In this document: positions 23,447 through 34,181 of the stretch, in pieces
How the letters are laid out: each line of letters starts with the position of its first letter
Numbering within the stretch: position 1 is the stretch's first letter
Origin: Patescibacteria group bacterium
GTDB taxonomy: Bacteria; Patescibacteriota; Patescibacteriia; UBA9570; JAHJKD01
DNA: 64,000 nucleotides
Assembly: GCA_018822435.1 (NCBI GenBank)
Contig: JAHJKD010000050.1
Span: 1,531-65,530, forward strand
Direction: 5' to 3'
Translations under genes and position numbers: made by a program
Notes under the pieces: generated by a model
Told to the model about the DNA's origin: nothing
The model's input: the letters and a program-made list of their open reading frames with translations, nothing else
Databases searched by the model: none

Positions 23447-24718
23447 ATGGAAGAAAAGATTTCTGAAAAAAAGGAAGTTGTCACAGAACCAAATCCAAAA
23501 CCAAAGAAAAAAAAGTCGACTCTAATTATAATTATTGTCATTGTTATTATAGCCCTACTATTGATCGGCAGTGTAATTGGCGTAGGAATTTATTTTTGGT
23601 CAAAATCAAACCAAGAAAAGCAAGATCAAGCCGCCCTCCAAATGCAATTAGAAGGCTTAGTCGCTGAAGCAGAAACATATATTGACGATTACGAATATGA
23701 ACCAGCCATTAAGGCGGCCACGCAAGCCATAAATTTAAGCCAAAATTATGTCCCGGCGTTAATAACCCGGTGTAAAGCCTACCGCAAAGACGAACAATAT
23801 GAAAAAGCTTATGCTGATTGCGACAAAGCCATTGAACTGAATCCGAATTCTGCCCGCGCTTATCATAACCGGGCCTACATTTATTTAAATGAGGAAAAAT
23901 ATGAAAAAGGCATTGCCGACGCCCAGAAAGCGATTGAATTAAATCCGCAAAACGCAAAAGGCTACACGGCATTATGTTGGGCCTACGGCGATCAAGGCAA
24001 ATATGAAGATGCCACCCTGCAATGCAACAAAGCCATTGAACTTGACCCCAACGATGACTTTCCGCACAGCCTGATTTGTTATGACTTGCGCGAACTAGGA
24101 AAAACAGAAAAGGCTCTCCAAGAATGCAATGAAGCGATTGAACTTGACCCGGAATATTCCTGGGCTTACCGCAACCGCGCCCTTGTCTATGAGGATAAGG
24201 AAAATTGGGACAAAGTCATTGCTGACACAACTAAGGCAATCAAATTAAGAGAAGACTTTGCCCATGCCTATGATATTCGCGGCTTCGCTTATTTTAAGCA
24301 AAAAAAATATAATAAAGCTAAGGAAGATTATAATAAAGCCATTAAGCTTGATCCGGAAAATGAATATTTTTTCTATGACCGTGCTTATTTAAACGAAAAA
24401 CAAGGCGACTGCGATAAAGCCATTGAAGATTACACCAAAGCGATTGAAATATACAAAGATTACCAGCAGGCTTATTCCAGCCGCGGTTATTGTTATACGG
24501 AATTAGAAAAATGGGACAAAGCGATTGATGATCTTAAAAAAGCCGTCAAACTGGACCCGAAAGATAAATACGCATTTAACAATCTTGGTTATGCCTATGA
24601 TAATCTTGAAGATTATGACAATGCTCTAAAATACTACGAAAAAGCGGTTGAACTTGATCCTGATTATGAAATCGCGATTGAAAATGTAAAAGGATTAAAA
24701 GAATTCCTTAATCAATAG
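23447..24718 (+). CDS. Membrane-anchored tetratricopeptide (TPR) repeat protein
   Basis: 423-aa ORF with an N-terminal TM segment (LIIIIVIVIIALLLIGSVIGVGIYFW), then about ten 34-aa repeats of the form A..Y.KAIELDP....AY.NRG. Confidence 0.85.
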   Translation: MEEKISEKKEVVTEPNPKPKKKKSTLIIIIVIVIIALLLIGSVIGVGIYFWSKSNQEKQDQAALQMQLEGLVAEAETYIDDYEYEPAIKAATQAINLSQNYVPALITRCKAYRKDEQYEKAYADCDKAIELNPNSARAYHNRAYIYLNEEKYEKGIADAQKAIELNPQNAKGYTALCWAYGDQGKYEDATLQCNKAIELDPNDDFPHSLICYDLRELGKTEKALQECNEAIELDPEYSWAYRNRALVYEDKENWDKVIADTTKAIKLREDFAHAYDIRGFAYFKQKKYNKAKEDYNKAIKLDPENEYFFYDRAYLNEKQGDCDKAIEDYTKAIEIYKDYQQAYSSRGYCYTELEKWDKAIDDLKKAVKLDPKDKYAFNNLGYAYDNLEDYDNALKYYEKAVELDPDYEIAIENVKGLKEFLNQ

Positions 24719-27700
24719 CTAAACTTTTTTCTTAAAAGTCAGTCCTCTTTTCCTGGTGTAGAAGAACATGAATATCGCGAAAGCCACTATCAGGCTCAGA
24801 TTGACTATGAACAGCCACATCGTTTTGGACAGGCCCTGGCCTTCTTCCGGTATGACGAATTTACCCAGCACGATCTCATCTGTTTCCACTCCGTACAATT
24901 CCGACTGGGCGTAAACGGTATGTTCGCCCTCGGGCAGCAATTCCATGGGCACGCGGATTTCCCAGCGGCCGTATTCATCCGCCTTAGTCACCCTAACCAC
25001 TTCTTCAGACCTTATTTTCACAGTCACGGTCGCATGAGGCAAAGTCAAGCCTTTAAGCACCAACTCCGGACCAGATACATTGATCAATGTCTGAATATTT
25101 CCCTCTTCATCAATATATTCTTCAATGCCCGGCACATCCCCGTAAGTCGCCTCAAAGAAATCCATGCCTTCCACATTGGTGTCATTCACCATTAAAAGTT
25201 TCAAGAAATTTTCCATGGTTTCTTTCAGTTCCTGCCGCTCTTCTTCGGTCTGGGGCGGCCTGATGTCGCGCGGAATTTTTATTTCCTCTTCATTTACAAT
25301 TACAATGATAAATTCTTCCTCTTCTTCCTCCTCAAATGCGAGCACGATAGTTTGCCCGGCTGATGAATGTCTGCTCACCGACGTATAAGCGGTCGCCGTA
25401 GCTGCGAAAGAGGAAGGCCCGAATACTTCCGCGTAATAAACGCCGGAACCAAGTCCGTAAAAAGTCAGTTCGCCATTTTCATTGGTTACTCCGGACGATA
25501 CTTTGTAGCCGTCTTTATAGATATAGACATAAGATCCGGGCAATGGATCCCCGATCGGATCTTGTACATAATAAGATAAAGTAGAAGTCTCGATCGGATT
25601 GCTGGTCATGTTAGAATTGGTCGCGGCCGATGCCTCATTAGATGAAAACGCTGCTTCACTGCCTACCACGGCTGAATTGAAATTCGGATTAATAACCCGA
25701 ACAACAAAGTAGACCGATTTTGTCTCTCCCGGCGCGATCGCTGTATCGCTGAAATCAAGCGTTGTACCGTTTACATTAAGATCTCCGCCATATGAGGAAA
25801 GATAGGTTCCTGATGGGATATAATCGCGAATATTTATAGATGTCGCATCGCCATCGCCCGTATTTCTATATGTCAGGGAATATTTCAGATAATTTCCCGG
25901 TTCAACTGGCACGCCGTTGTCGTCAGCTGCCTTAATGACCGGACTAAATATTGCAAACACGACCAAGGCGGCCGTAATTACGCCGGCGCCGACAGCGGCC
26001 CAGTGATTTGTTTTGGCATTGCCCCGGAACTGATCGTAAGACATTTGCCAAGTGCCCTTTTTATTGGCCGGGGCGATTTTCGAGAACGACCGGGCCGGAC
26101 TCCTGAATATGACCAGGTGCGGTTTTTTTAAGCCACCGGATAAAAAGAGGGTCACCAGAAATAGCGTCAGGAATATAAATAAAAATGACCAAAGAGGTAT
26201 CTGATAAGCCGAGTAATCAAGCTCGCGGAATTCTACATTTTCATTCCCTGTCGCGGCCATGGCCATTTTAATGAACTTATTAAGCCAGGTCAGCGGAGCC
26301 GTGCCTACTGTAACAATTTTTGTAAGGGATATTTCCGGATCAAGCGAAGTATTTACATAAAACTTCTTCGCACCAGACCATTCTCCTTTCAATCCTTCCG
26401 GATCAATCGCCCGCACAGTCCAGTAATAATCTGTTTCATCATTCAATTGATTAATCACGTTCACTTCCGGGCTGCCCGTGGCTGACGTATAGGAATATTC
26501 GTAATTATTGGCCGGATCAGAATTTTTCCCTATCCTTACCCGGTAATAAAGCTGGGACTTGCTGTGGTCCGGGTCGCTGGGCGCGTCCCATTTCAGGGTC
26601 GGCGTCTGGCTGGAAGTGGTGGAGTTATTTGGTGGTGAAAAACCTGAAGTTATCTTATTAGGCGGATCATTGACATTGTTGACGGTCAGGGTCACCTGAT
26701 TGGAATTCCTCGTATCTCCCTCGGTATCTATCGCCTTGAAAGTGACCGTAGCCGTGCCGTACCAGTTCGATTTCGGGGTAAAGGTCACTTTATTCTCGCT
26801 GCCGATGCTGACAGTAATATTGGCCGGGCTGTCCGAACCCAGCACTTCATAATGCATGGCCAGGCTCCTCAGGTCCTGGAAATAGTCATCCAGGTCAAAG
26901 GCCTTTGTCAAGGTCGTATCTTCATTCCATTGCTGGTTCGGGATCGTCCCGGTCTGTATTATATTTGAAGTAGAAGTCGTAAACACGGTGCAATTCGAAT
27001 AATTAGAGTAATTGCCATAAGAATTTTTATAGCGCACGTGCCACCAATAGGTCGCGCCCTTGGCCAGACTGCCGTACGGGACCGTGTAAGAGGTATTAGC
27101 GGCCGCGTCCCCCGTATTTAGAACGGCTCCGGAATCGGCCGCGCACTGGGAAGACGAATTATAAACTTTCCACTGTGAAGCGGCATGCGTCTCAGCCGCG
27201 TCCGCAAAAGCAGAAGCCGATAAAGCCACGTCTGTTTTTTGGTCAACTGATCCATTAGCCGGAGATGTATTGGCTGGCTGGTCCGGCACAGTGGAAACGA
27301 TCGCATCAGCGATCTGATACCGCCATACTCCGTCTGTATCATAATAAGAAGGCAGACCGCCTGGATTCGTATCATCGTCCTTGCCATTAAAAGTAAAAGT
27401 CGGATTCAAAGAATCATTTGCATAGTCGCCATAAACCTTGATAGTAAAAGGACCGTATTCAGTTTTTGAACCGTTTACGTCATATTCATAATCAGTAATA
27501 TAAAACCAGGTCGGTTCGTCATCGTATTCAAAGCTGGCCGGCCCCCACGCGCCCTGATCAGTATCACCAGCCGGATAGGGCGGATTCGTAAAAGTGCCAT
27601 TACTTAAAGTGGAGCCGCTGTAAGTGGCGCCTGACTGGGGAATCACAGAAACCGTATTGCTGCCGGATTTTATCGGATTCAGGTCCTTATATAAGATCTC

Positions 27701-29758
27701 AACTGCTCCCCACCAGGTCGAGCGAATGTCAAAATTATTATTATTATTACCGATATTATTATCGGTTAAAAGCGTTGTCTCATTAGCCGCTCTGGTATCA
27801 ACAAATAAAATACCGCCGTCCGTATTGCTGTTAATCGTATTTTCCACGCCGCTACCGCCAATATCAGGCTTTGAAACCAAATCATAAGAATGTCCGATCG
27901 GCGTCTGCTTATCATAATAAGGATCATAATGATTCGGTAAATCATCTTGATTCAGGGCATGGTCAAGAGTTCCGGCCGCATAAATACCATAATCTGCATT
28001 ACCGGTCAGAGTATTGCTTTCCAAAGTCATGGTTGATCCTTCAAGAAAAACACCTGAACCGCCATTACCTGATATTGTATTGTCTCTTACGATTGGTTCT
28101 TCACCCGGAGTCTGATCAAGATTATAGTCTTGGGCAAAAATTCCATGAGAAGAATTATTGGAAATATCATTATTTTGAATTATATATCCCGCGCCAGGAA
28201 ATCCAGATGAAGAATAAACCATGCGCATAACAACACCATAGGTATTATTTTTTATAGAATTTGTCCGATTGCCTGCCGCCCCAAAATAATCATTGCCTCC
28301 CGCTTCTCCCGCTATTATATTTATGCCCATATAATTTGGAATACTGGAATCATCTTTTCCAATACCAAAATAATTTCCATAAATCATGGAATCATCTCCC
28401 ACAATATGAGAAAATAACATACCGCTGCCATCATCAGCCGGATGTGAATCAGATATTCCTGTATTCCCAATAAAATAATTTCTTTGGTCGGCTAATAATC
28501 CCGCATTTGAGCACATGTTCACGGCCCAGCCTAAATCATCTGTATCATCGCAATAGCCGATGATATTACTATAATGATTATAAATAAATCTTACGCCCTG
28601 TTCTGTTTGTCCAGGTGCTGGAGTATAAATATCACTTGTTCCAGTCGGATCTCCTCCAATAATATTTCCTGATACACGATTATGATGAAAGCCCGGATTT
28701 GTGTCCTGATCAAATCCAAAAAAGGTACCATAATCATAACCCGCCCCAACATTGCCTTCTGAACTATCATCAACTCCGTCTCCATCTGTACCAATCGTAT
28801 TATATTTAGCATCAGTATATAAATATACTCCAAAAGCCAATTCTCCATAATGGACAATAGCAGAGCCATCAGGCCGAATATTAAAATAATTACCTGACAC
28901 TTTATTTTCCTGGCTGCTCCATCCTATAAAAAGTGAATCAGTATTTTGGTCATCGCCAGCTGCAAAAATATTCCGGGCTTGTGCCGCCGTACAAGAAAAA
29001 GCCGGATCATCATCAAAGCCGGTAATATTCTCATCCGAATTATAATAACGCAATGATGCGCCATTATTGCTATTCCAAGTCGTCCCGTTATCATCCAATG
29101 CAAACCAGTTGCCGGCCACATGATTTCTGTCCGCCACTAGCATGTAGATGCCGTTTCCTGAAGAAATTGCTCCCACAATATTATTGCCCACAATAACATT
29201 TCTTTGATGACTGTCAGGCGTACCAAAACAATCCAGTCCGATCTGGCTGTCTTCTGCCCTAAAAAATATTCCATTATCATCAAAGCCTTCCACTTTCAGT
29301 CCGCTAATGCGCGAATTATCAGCCGCATCATTAAAATACAATCCATTAAGGCAAGTTCCCGTTTTTGTTATACGAATTCCAGGTCTATCATTAATTGTAT
29401 CCCATTCATTTTCCGCTGTTAGAATTAAATCTTCATTTACGTTTGGCAACTGGCCCTGTCCGTCGCCGTCCACGGTAATGGTCACCTGGCTGCCAGCCAC
29501 AGCTACACCGGCAAAATCAACAGTATCTAATCCTGGATTTCCATTGGCCGCTGTTATGGCCTCGCGCAAAGAACAGTCGCCAGGATTGCAAGCACCCGGC
29601 GCCGGATCATCGTTCCTGGTGACGGAATAAGTGGCTGCGTATCCGGAAAAAGGCACACAAAGAAAAAGCCCTCCGATTAGGAGGGCCATAAAAAATCCAA
29701 AATATTTAGCATTTTGGCAGTTTTCACCGATGGATGCTATCTTTTTCCACAGTTTCAT
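24719..29758 (-). CDS. Giant (1679-aa) surface protein with parallel beta-helix, FN3/cadherin/Ig-like and DUF11-like modules
   Basis: N-terminal signal/anchor and many NxxGIxx beta-helix turns. Also has ...VTLTVNNVNDPP..., a DUF11-like LKYSLTYRNTGDGDATSINIRDYIP and a CarboxypepD_reg-like segment. There are two internal TM helices and a C-terminal TM anchor. Confidence 0.8.
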   Translation of the reverse strand: MKLWKKIASIGENCQNAKYFGFFMALLIGGLFLCVPFSGYAATYSVTRNDDPAPGACNPGDCSLREAITAANGNPGLDTVDFAGVAVAGSQVTITVDGDGQGQLPNVNEDLILTAENEWDTINDRPGIRITKTGTCLNGLYFNDAADNSRISGLKVEGFDDNGIFFRAEDSQIGLDCFGTPDSHQRNVIVGNNIVGAISSGNGIYMLVADRNHVAGNWFALDDNGTTWNSNNGASLRYYNSDENITGFDDDPAFSCTAAQARNIFAAGDDQNTDSLFIGWSSQENKVSGNYFNIRPDGSAIVHYGELAFGVYLYTDAKYNTIGTDGDGVDDSSEGNVGAGYDYGTFFGFDQDTNPGFHHNRVSGNIIGGDPTGTSDIYTPAPGQTEQGVRFIYNHYSNIIGYCDDTDDLGWAVNMCSNAGLLADQRNYFIGNTGISDSHPADDGSGMLFSHIVGDDSMIYGNYFGIGKDDSSIPNYMGINIIAGEAGGNDYFGAAGNRTNSIKNNTYGVVMRMVYSSSGFPGAGYIIQNNDISNNSSHGIFAQDYNLDQTPGEEPIVRDNTISGNGGSGVFLEGSTMTLESNTLTGNADYGIYAAGTLDHALNQDDLPNHYDPYYDKQTPIGHSYDLVSKPDIGGSGVENTINSNTDGGILFVDTRAANETTLLTDNNIGNNNNNFDIRSTWWGAVEILYKDLNPIKSGSNTVSVIPQSGATYSGSTLSNGTFTNPPYPAGDTDQGAWGPASFEYDDEPTWFYITDYEYDVNGSKTEYGPFTIKVYGDYANDSLNPTFTFNGKDDDTNPGGLPSYYDTDGVWRYQIADAIVSTVPDQPANTSPANGSVDQKTDVALSASAFADAAETHAASQWKVYNSSSQCAADSGAVLNTGDAAANTSYTVPYGSLAKGATYWWHVRYKNSYGNYSNYSNCTVFTTSTSNIIQTGTIPNQQWNEDTTLTKAFDLDDYFQDLRSLAMHYEVLGSDSPANITVSIGSENKVTFTPKSNWYGTATVTFKAIDTEGDTRNSNQVTLTVNNVNDPPNKITSGFSPPNNSTTSSQTPTLKWDAPSDPDHSKSQLYYRVRIGKNSDPANNYEYSYTSATGSPEVNVINQLNDETDYYWTVRAIDPEGLKGEWSGAKKFYVNTSLDPEISLTKIVTVGTAPLTWLNKFIKMAMAATGNENVEFRELDYSAYQIPLWSFLFIFLTLFLVTLFLSGGLKKPHLVIFRSPARSFSKIAPANKKGTWQMSYDQFRGNAKTNHWAAVGAGVITAALVVFAIFSPVIKAADDNGVPVEPGNYLKYSLTYRNTGDGDATSINIRDYIPSGTYLSSYGGDLNVNGTTLDFSDTAIAPGETKSVYFVVRVINPNFNSAVVGSEAAFSSNEASAATNSNMTSNPIETSTLSYYVQDPIGDPLPGSYVYIYKDGYKVSSGVTNENGELTFYGLGSGVYYAEVFGPSSFAATATAYTSVSRHSSAGQTIVLAFEEEEEEEFIIVIVNEEEIKIPRDIRPPQTEEERQELKETMENFLKLLMVNDTNVEGMDFFEATYGDVPGIEEYIDEEGNIQTLINVSGPELVLKGLTLPHATVTVKIRSEEVVRVTKADEYGRWEIRVPMELLPEGEHTVYAQSELYGVETDEIVLGKFVIPEEGQGLSKTMWLFIVNLSLIVAFAIFMFFYTRKRGLTFKKKV

Positions 29759-29783
29759 TAAATATAGTATAGCACATTTTCAA

Positions 29784-31583
29784 TTAAACTTCAATAACGA
29801 CCGGGAGTATCATGGGACGTCTTTCAGTTTTCTTGAATAAAAATTTTCCAATTTCATCCCGAAGCTTATTTTTCAAATACATCGGATTGGCTGCATCTTG
29901 GGGATTTTTATCCTTAGCGACTTCTCTTACTTTTTTTCGCGTATCCTCAATAAGATTTTTACTGCCTTTCATATATATAAAGCCGCGGGAAATAATATCA
30001 GGTGATCCGATCAATTCCCCGGTTTGTGCCGATACAGTCACGATCACGACAAACATGCCGTCATCGGCCATAACTTGCCTATCTCTTAAGACTACATTAG
30101 AAACGTCGCCCACGCCAAGACCGTCAACCATAACATAGTCAGTATCGACTTTATCTTTGGTCATCCTGCCTTCACCACCAGAAAATTCCATAACCTGGCC
30201 ATTTTTAGTAATAAAGACATGGTCTTTGTCCCAGCCCAGGCCTTCTGCCACCTTAGCCGCCGCATGCATCATGAATTGATTACCCATGATCGGAATAATA
30301 TATTTCGGCTTGATCAAAGTGTAAAGCAGTTTCAGGTCTTCTTCTTTAGCATGACCGCCGGCATGCACATCCATCATTTTATAATGGATAACATTGGCGC
30401 CTTCTTTTACTAAAGTGTCTTTTAGCCTTTGTACAGTTCTTTCATTTCCAGGAATGACTGAAGATGAAAACACGACTGTATCGCCCGGTTGGATCCGGAA
30501 ATATTTATGTTCCTTGCCGGCAATACGCATTAGAGCGGCATTGCCTTCGCCCTGGGCACCAGTACACATAATAATAACTTTATTATCAGGCAGCTTACTC
30601 GCTTCGGCTGAAGAAACGAATGTATTAGGTTTGGCTTTCAGATAGCCTAGCTCACGGCAGAGGGCCACGTTTGTTTTCATAGAATAGCCTTCCACCGTAA
30701 TCTTCCGTCCATACTTTTCCGCATCCCACACAATCTGCTGGACACGGGTAAGTAAAGATGCAAATGTACCGACAATTACCCGGCCTTCAGCATCTTTAAT
30801 AATATTTTCCAGAGTCTCCCCAATCGTCTTTTCTGATTCCTGATGGCCGGCTTGGTCAGCATTAGTCGAATCTGAAAACAGGGCCAGTACGCCTTCAGTG
30901 CCTAGGCGGGCAATTTTATCAAACTCCGCCACTTTATCCATGACTGGAGTATAATCAAATTTGAAATCACCGGTGTGAACCAATGTTCCTTCTGGCGTAT
31001 GCACAATTATGCCGACACAATCCGGGATATTATGGTTGACGCGAAAAAATTCTACGCGAAAAGCGCCTAGTTCCAATTCCGCATCTGGATTGATCTCTCT
31101 CGTATCAAGACTGCCTTTACCGGCAAAATCTTCCTGGCGCTTATCAATAATGCCCAGCGTCAATTTTGTGCCATAAATTGGGGGGTTCTTCAGACTAGGC
31201 GCGATATGCGGAATCCCGCCAATATGGTCGAGATGGCCATGCGTGATAATAATGCCTTTAACATTTTTTTCCTTGCCTTTTAAGTAGTTCATGTTCGGAA
31301 TGATGTAATCAATTCCGGGCTGATCCTCTTCAGGAAATTGCAAACCACAATCAATCATGATGATGTCATCACCGTACTCGATTAATGTCATGTTGCGGCC
31401 GACTTCTTCGGCTCCTCCCATGATCATGACTTTCAGCTTGGCACCACGCCGGCCTTTTGCCATTGTTGTCGGCCTTTTTTGTCCGCGCTGGAAAGTTCTA
31501 TTTGATTTTGTCCTGTTCTTGACCACTATGGTCTTACGCCTTTTTGGCGAATGACCTTTATAGGTCTTCTTCTTTGGTGTCAT
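29784..31583 (-). CDS. rnj: Ribonuclease J
   Basis: 599-aa ORF with metallo-beta-lactamase motif ITHGHLDHIGG, beta-CASP and a C-terminal domain. A basic N-terminal extension is present. Confidence 0.9.
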   Translation of the reverse strand: MTPKKKTYKGHSPKRRKTIVVKNRTKSNRTFQRGQKRPTTMAKGRRGAKLKVMIMGGAEEVGRNMTLIEYGDDIIMIDCGLQFPEEDQPGIDYIIPNMNYLKGKEKNVKGIIITHGHLDHIGGIPHIAPSLKNPPIYGTKLTLGIIDKRQEDFAGKGSLDTREINPDAELELGAFRVEFFRVNHNIPDCVGIIVHTPEGTLVHTGDFKFDYTPVMDKVAEFDKIARLGTEGVLALFSDSTNADQAGHQESEKTIGETLENIIKDAEGRVIVGTFASLLTRVQQIVWDAEKYGRKITVEGYSMKTNVALCRELGYLKAKPNTFVSSAEASKLPDNKVIIMCTGAQGEGNAALMRIAGKEHKYFRIQPGDTVVFSSSVIPGNERTVQRLKDTLVKEGANVIHYKMMDVHAGGHAKEEDLKLLYTLIKPKYIIPIMGNQFMMHAAAKVAEGLGWDKDHVFITKNGQVMEFSGGEGRMTKDKVDTDYVMVDGLGVGDVSNVVLRDRQVMADDGMFVVIVTVSAQTGELIGSPDIISRGFIYMKGSKNLIEDTRKKVREVAKDKNPQDAANPMYLKNKLRDEIGKFLFKKTERRPMILPVVIEV

Positions 31584-31632
31584 AAATTTAAAAAAATTTA
31601 ATTGTTAAAATAATAAATAGAAGAAATTTATT

Positions 31633-31716
31633 GTGCCGGGAAGAGGATTTGAACCTCCACGGAGTTGCCCCCACACGGCTCTGAACCGTGCGTGTCTACC
31701 AATTTCACCATCCCGG
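31633..31716 (-). tRNA. tRNA-Leu (anticodon CAG)
   Basis: Minus-strand sequence GCCGGGATGGTGAAATTGGTAGACACGCACGGTTCAGAGCCGTGTGGGGGCAACTCCGTGGAGGTTCAAATCCTCTTCCCGGCA. It has a 7-bp acceptor stem, anticodon loop TTCAGAG, a long variable arm and T-loop TTCAAAT. Confidence 0.9.
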
Positions 31717-31804
31717 CCCTTCGATGCGCTATGCTTACTCAGGGTCTACTTATAATATTTAAATTTATCCTGAGTAGCCCGAAGGGCGTACCGAAGGATA
31801 AAAA

Positions 31805-33826
31805 TTACTCTTGTGTGTCTTCGGCTGTTTCTTCCTCTTCTTTTACAGCCTCTTCATCTGTAGCTGTTTCTTCCTCAGAAGCATCAGTCGCTGTCGCATC
31901 TGTAGCGACCGCATCTGTTGCTTCTGTGGAGTCCTGCGAAGCCTCTGGCGTAGCAGACTCCGGCGGTAATTCAACCACATCCGTTTCTTCTTCATCCTCT
32001 ATTTTGGATTTCCATATCCTGCTTGTCTTTACATACCAATTGGCAATACCAGCAAACCGGTCAGACGGTATCGTAATATATTGTGATTCAATTCCCTTAA
32101 CTTTCTTATGTACGGCATAAGTATAAAGTGGGTTATATAAGAAGATGGCAGGCAGTTCATCTGCTAAAATATTTTGAAAATGATAATATTTTTTAGCTCT
32201 TTCTTCATCGTCTGTGGCCACGCGTGCTTCTTCTAGTAACTGGTCAACATCTTTAAGCCTTTTATAAGGAATAGCCAGATTCAAACCAGGATGTTCATCC
32301 TGAGAAGAATGCCAGAAAGGATACGGATCCGGATCAGTTCCGACGATCTCGCCAAATAATAAAGCTTCATAATTTCTGTCTTTAATGACTTCTGTCTGGA
32401 TATCTTCCACACTATAGGTGTTGATATTAACTTTCATGCCCATGTCTTCCCAGTTCTGCTTCAAAACATCCAGGGTCTGGATAAATTCTGGCTGGTCAAC
32501 TGTCACGATCGTAAACTCTAAAACACGATCATTTCTAGTGCGATATTCTTCGTCATCATCTTTTGTCCAACCGCCTTCGTTTAATATTTCCCTGGCCTTT
32601 TTAATATCATATTCATATTTTCTGATTTCTTCATTATAGCCGACATAGCCAGGCAGAATTGATGCAAAAATCGGTTCGCCATTTCCACCCAAAACATCAT
32701 CAATAATCTTTTTTCTGGGAATGCCATGGGCCATGGCTTCACGCACAGCTTTATAAGCTAAGACATTATCTTCGCCTTCTTTTTGATTAAAGAAAATAGC
32801 CGTATATTGCGGTAATCTTAAATAATGATATTCGAGCTTTCTATTCCTTTTATGGAGGTCTTCCTGCATGTCAAACGGCACAAAAGCAACGCTTTCGACT
32901 TTTTTTGCTGCGGCTGCATCTACCGCCGCTGTAATATCTGGATAAAAAATAAAATTCAAATTATCCAAATAGGGTAAACGTTCAAAATAATTCTTATTCT
33001 TTTCCAGATGGAAAGATTTAATATTACCATCGCGGTCCTTCACCAATTCTTTGAATTGATAAGGGCCGGAACCGATCGGCTTAATATTATATTCAGTCAA
33101 TAAAACATTTTTCGTTGATACGGAATAAGCATCAAACCAGATATGTTTGGGCATGATGCCAAAAGTCAGGGTTGATAAGAAAGGAGCAAATGGTTCTTTC
33201 AAAAACATTTTAAAATTATATTCATCCACCTTTTCCACGCCAACACCGCGCAAACTGGGCAAGAGCGGGCTTTGAAAGTTTTCATCCTGGATAGCGCCTA
33301 TGGTAAAAACAATATCTTCAGCCGTCAGCGGTTCACCATCATGCCAAACCACGCCTTCTTTTATCTTAAATGAATATTCTTTCTGGTCTTCAGAAATCTC
33401 ATAAGACTCTACTAAGTCAGGCACTAATTCCTGATCTTCATTATATTTGAACAATCCTGAAAAAATAAGGCGGGAAAGATCCATGTCCACGTCATTTGTC
33501 TGGGCCAGAATCGGATTAATATGTTCCGGGTAACCCACTAGAGCTTCTGTGTATTCTCCGCCATTTTGCGGAATTGCTTCGGTATTACTGAAATATGCAT
33601 ACCCAATCAAGCCAACCACACCTGCTATTAATAGCATGCTGGCAACATAGGCAATTATTCTTTCCTTTTTCGGTAAAACTTTAAAAAAATATTTTGTCTG
33701 CTCCCAGGAAGGTTTCTTTTTATCGCTCACGCCATAAATAAGCTCCTCGCTTGGATCAGCTTTTTTTTCTTTATTTTCACCTTCCTTTTTCTTAGGAATA
33801 AATGATTTAAATGGATTGTTCTTCAT
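31805..33826 (-). CDS. ABC transporter substrate-binding protein, family 5 (peptide/nickel, OppA-like)
   Basis: 673-aa ORF with an N-terminal TM anchor, an SBP_bac_5-like core and an acidic low-complexity C-terminal tail. Confidence 0.8.
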   Translation of the reverse strand: MKNNPFKSFIPKKKEGENKEKKADPSEELIYGVSDKKKPSWEQTKYFFKVLPKKERIIAYVASMLLIAGVVGLIGYAYFSNTEAIPQNGGEYTEALVGYPEHINPILAQTNDVDMDLSRLIFSGLFKYNEDQELVPDLVESYEISEDQKEYSFKIKEGVVWHDGEPLTAEDIVFTIGAIQDENFQSPLLPSLRGVGVEKVDEYNFKMFLKEPFAPFLSTLTFGIMPKHIWFDAYSVSTKNVLLTEYNIKPIGSGPYQFKELVKDRDGNIKSFHLEKNKNYFERLPYLDNLNFIFYPDITAAVDAAAAKKVESVAFVPFDMQEDLHKRNRKLEYHYLRLPQYTAIFFNQKEGEDNVLAYKAVREAMAHGIPRKKIIDDVLGGNGEPIFASILPGYVGYNEEIRKYEYDIKKAREILNEGGWTKDDDEEYRTRNDRVLEFTIVTVDQPEFIQTLDVLKQNWEDMGMKVNINTYSVEDIQTEVIKDRNYEALLFGEIVGTDPDPYPFWHSSQDEHPGLNLAIPYKRLKDVDQLLEEARVATDDEERAKKYYHFQNILADELPAIFLYNPLYTYAVHKKVKGIESQYITIPSDRFAGIANWYVKTSRIWKSKIEDEEETDVVELPPESATPEASQDSTEATDAVATDATATDASEEETATDEEAVKEEEETAEDTQE

Positions 33827-33876
33827 GAAAAATTAGGGAAACAGTATTTGTGTTCCGCCTATAAATTTAGCGTTAA

Positions 33877-34098
33877 TTATCCTTGGATCAGAAATGAAAA
33901 CAAGGCCAGCCCGAGAAATAGAACAGAGAGTACAATAGAAGAGTAAAAAATAAACTTTTCTGCCCCGCGGCGCATGCCAAAAGACTCGCCTCCGCCGCCG
34001 AAAGCAGCGCCTAAACTTGATCCTCTTTGTTGCATCAGGATAGTGATTACAAGCAAAACAACTACCACTATCTGGGCAATACTTAAAGCTGTGTTCAT
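33877..34098 (-). CDS. secG: Preprotein translocase subunit SecG
   Basis: 73-aa ORF with two TM helices flanking the Gly-rich loop QQRGSSLGAAFGGGGESFG. Confidence 0.85.
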   Translation of the reverse strand: MNTALSIAQIVVVVLLVITILMQQRGSSLGAAFGGGGESFGMRRGAEKFIFYSSIVLSVLFLGLALFSFLIQG

Positions 34099-34181
34099 AT
34101 ATGTAAAAAGTCTTTAAATCGCATAATTACGTCAAAAAGTACTATATCATGAGTGCTTATATTTGTCAATGAGACCTGTTT

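Noticed and set aside
24719-29758. The giant surface protein as a diversity-generating retroelement target.
   Set aside because: The window has no reverse transcriptase gene and no template/variable repeat pair. I saw no C-terminal CLec-like region with adenine-specific variation.
31717-31804. A shared CCTGAG-N4/5-CGAAGGG word upstream of both tRNA genes (31775-31793 and 49909-49927) as a conserved tRNA regulatory element.
   Set aside because: There are only two instances, at different distances and in different structural contexts relative to the tRNA 5' ends. That is too little evidence to separate it from chance or from local hairpins.
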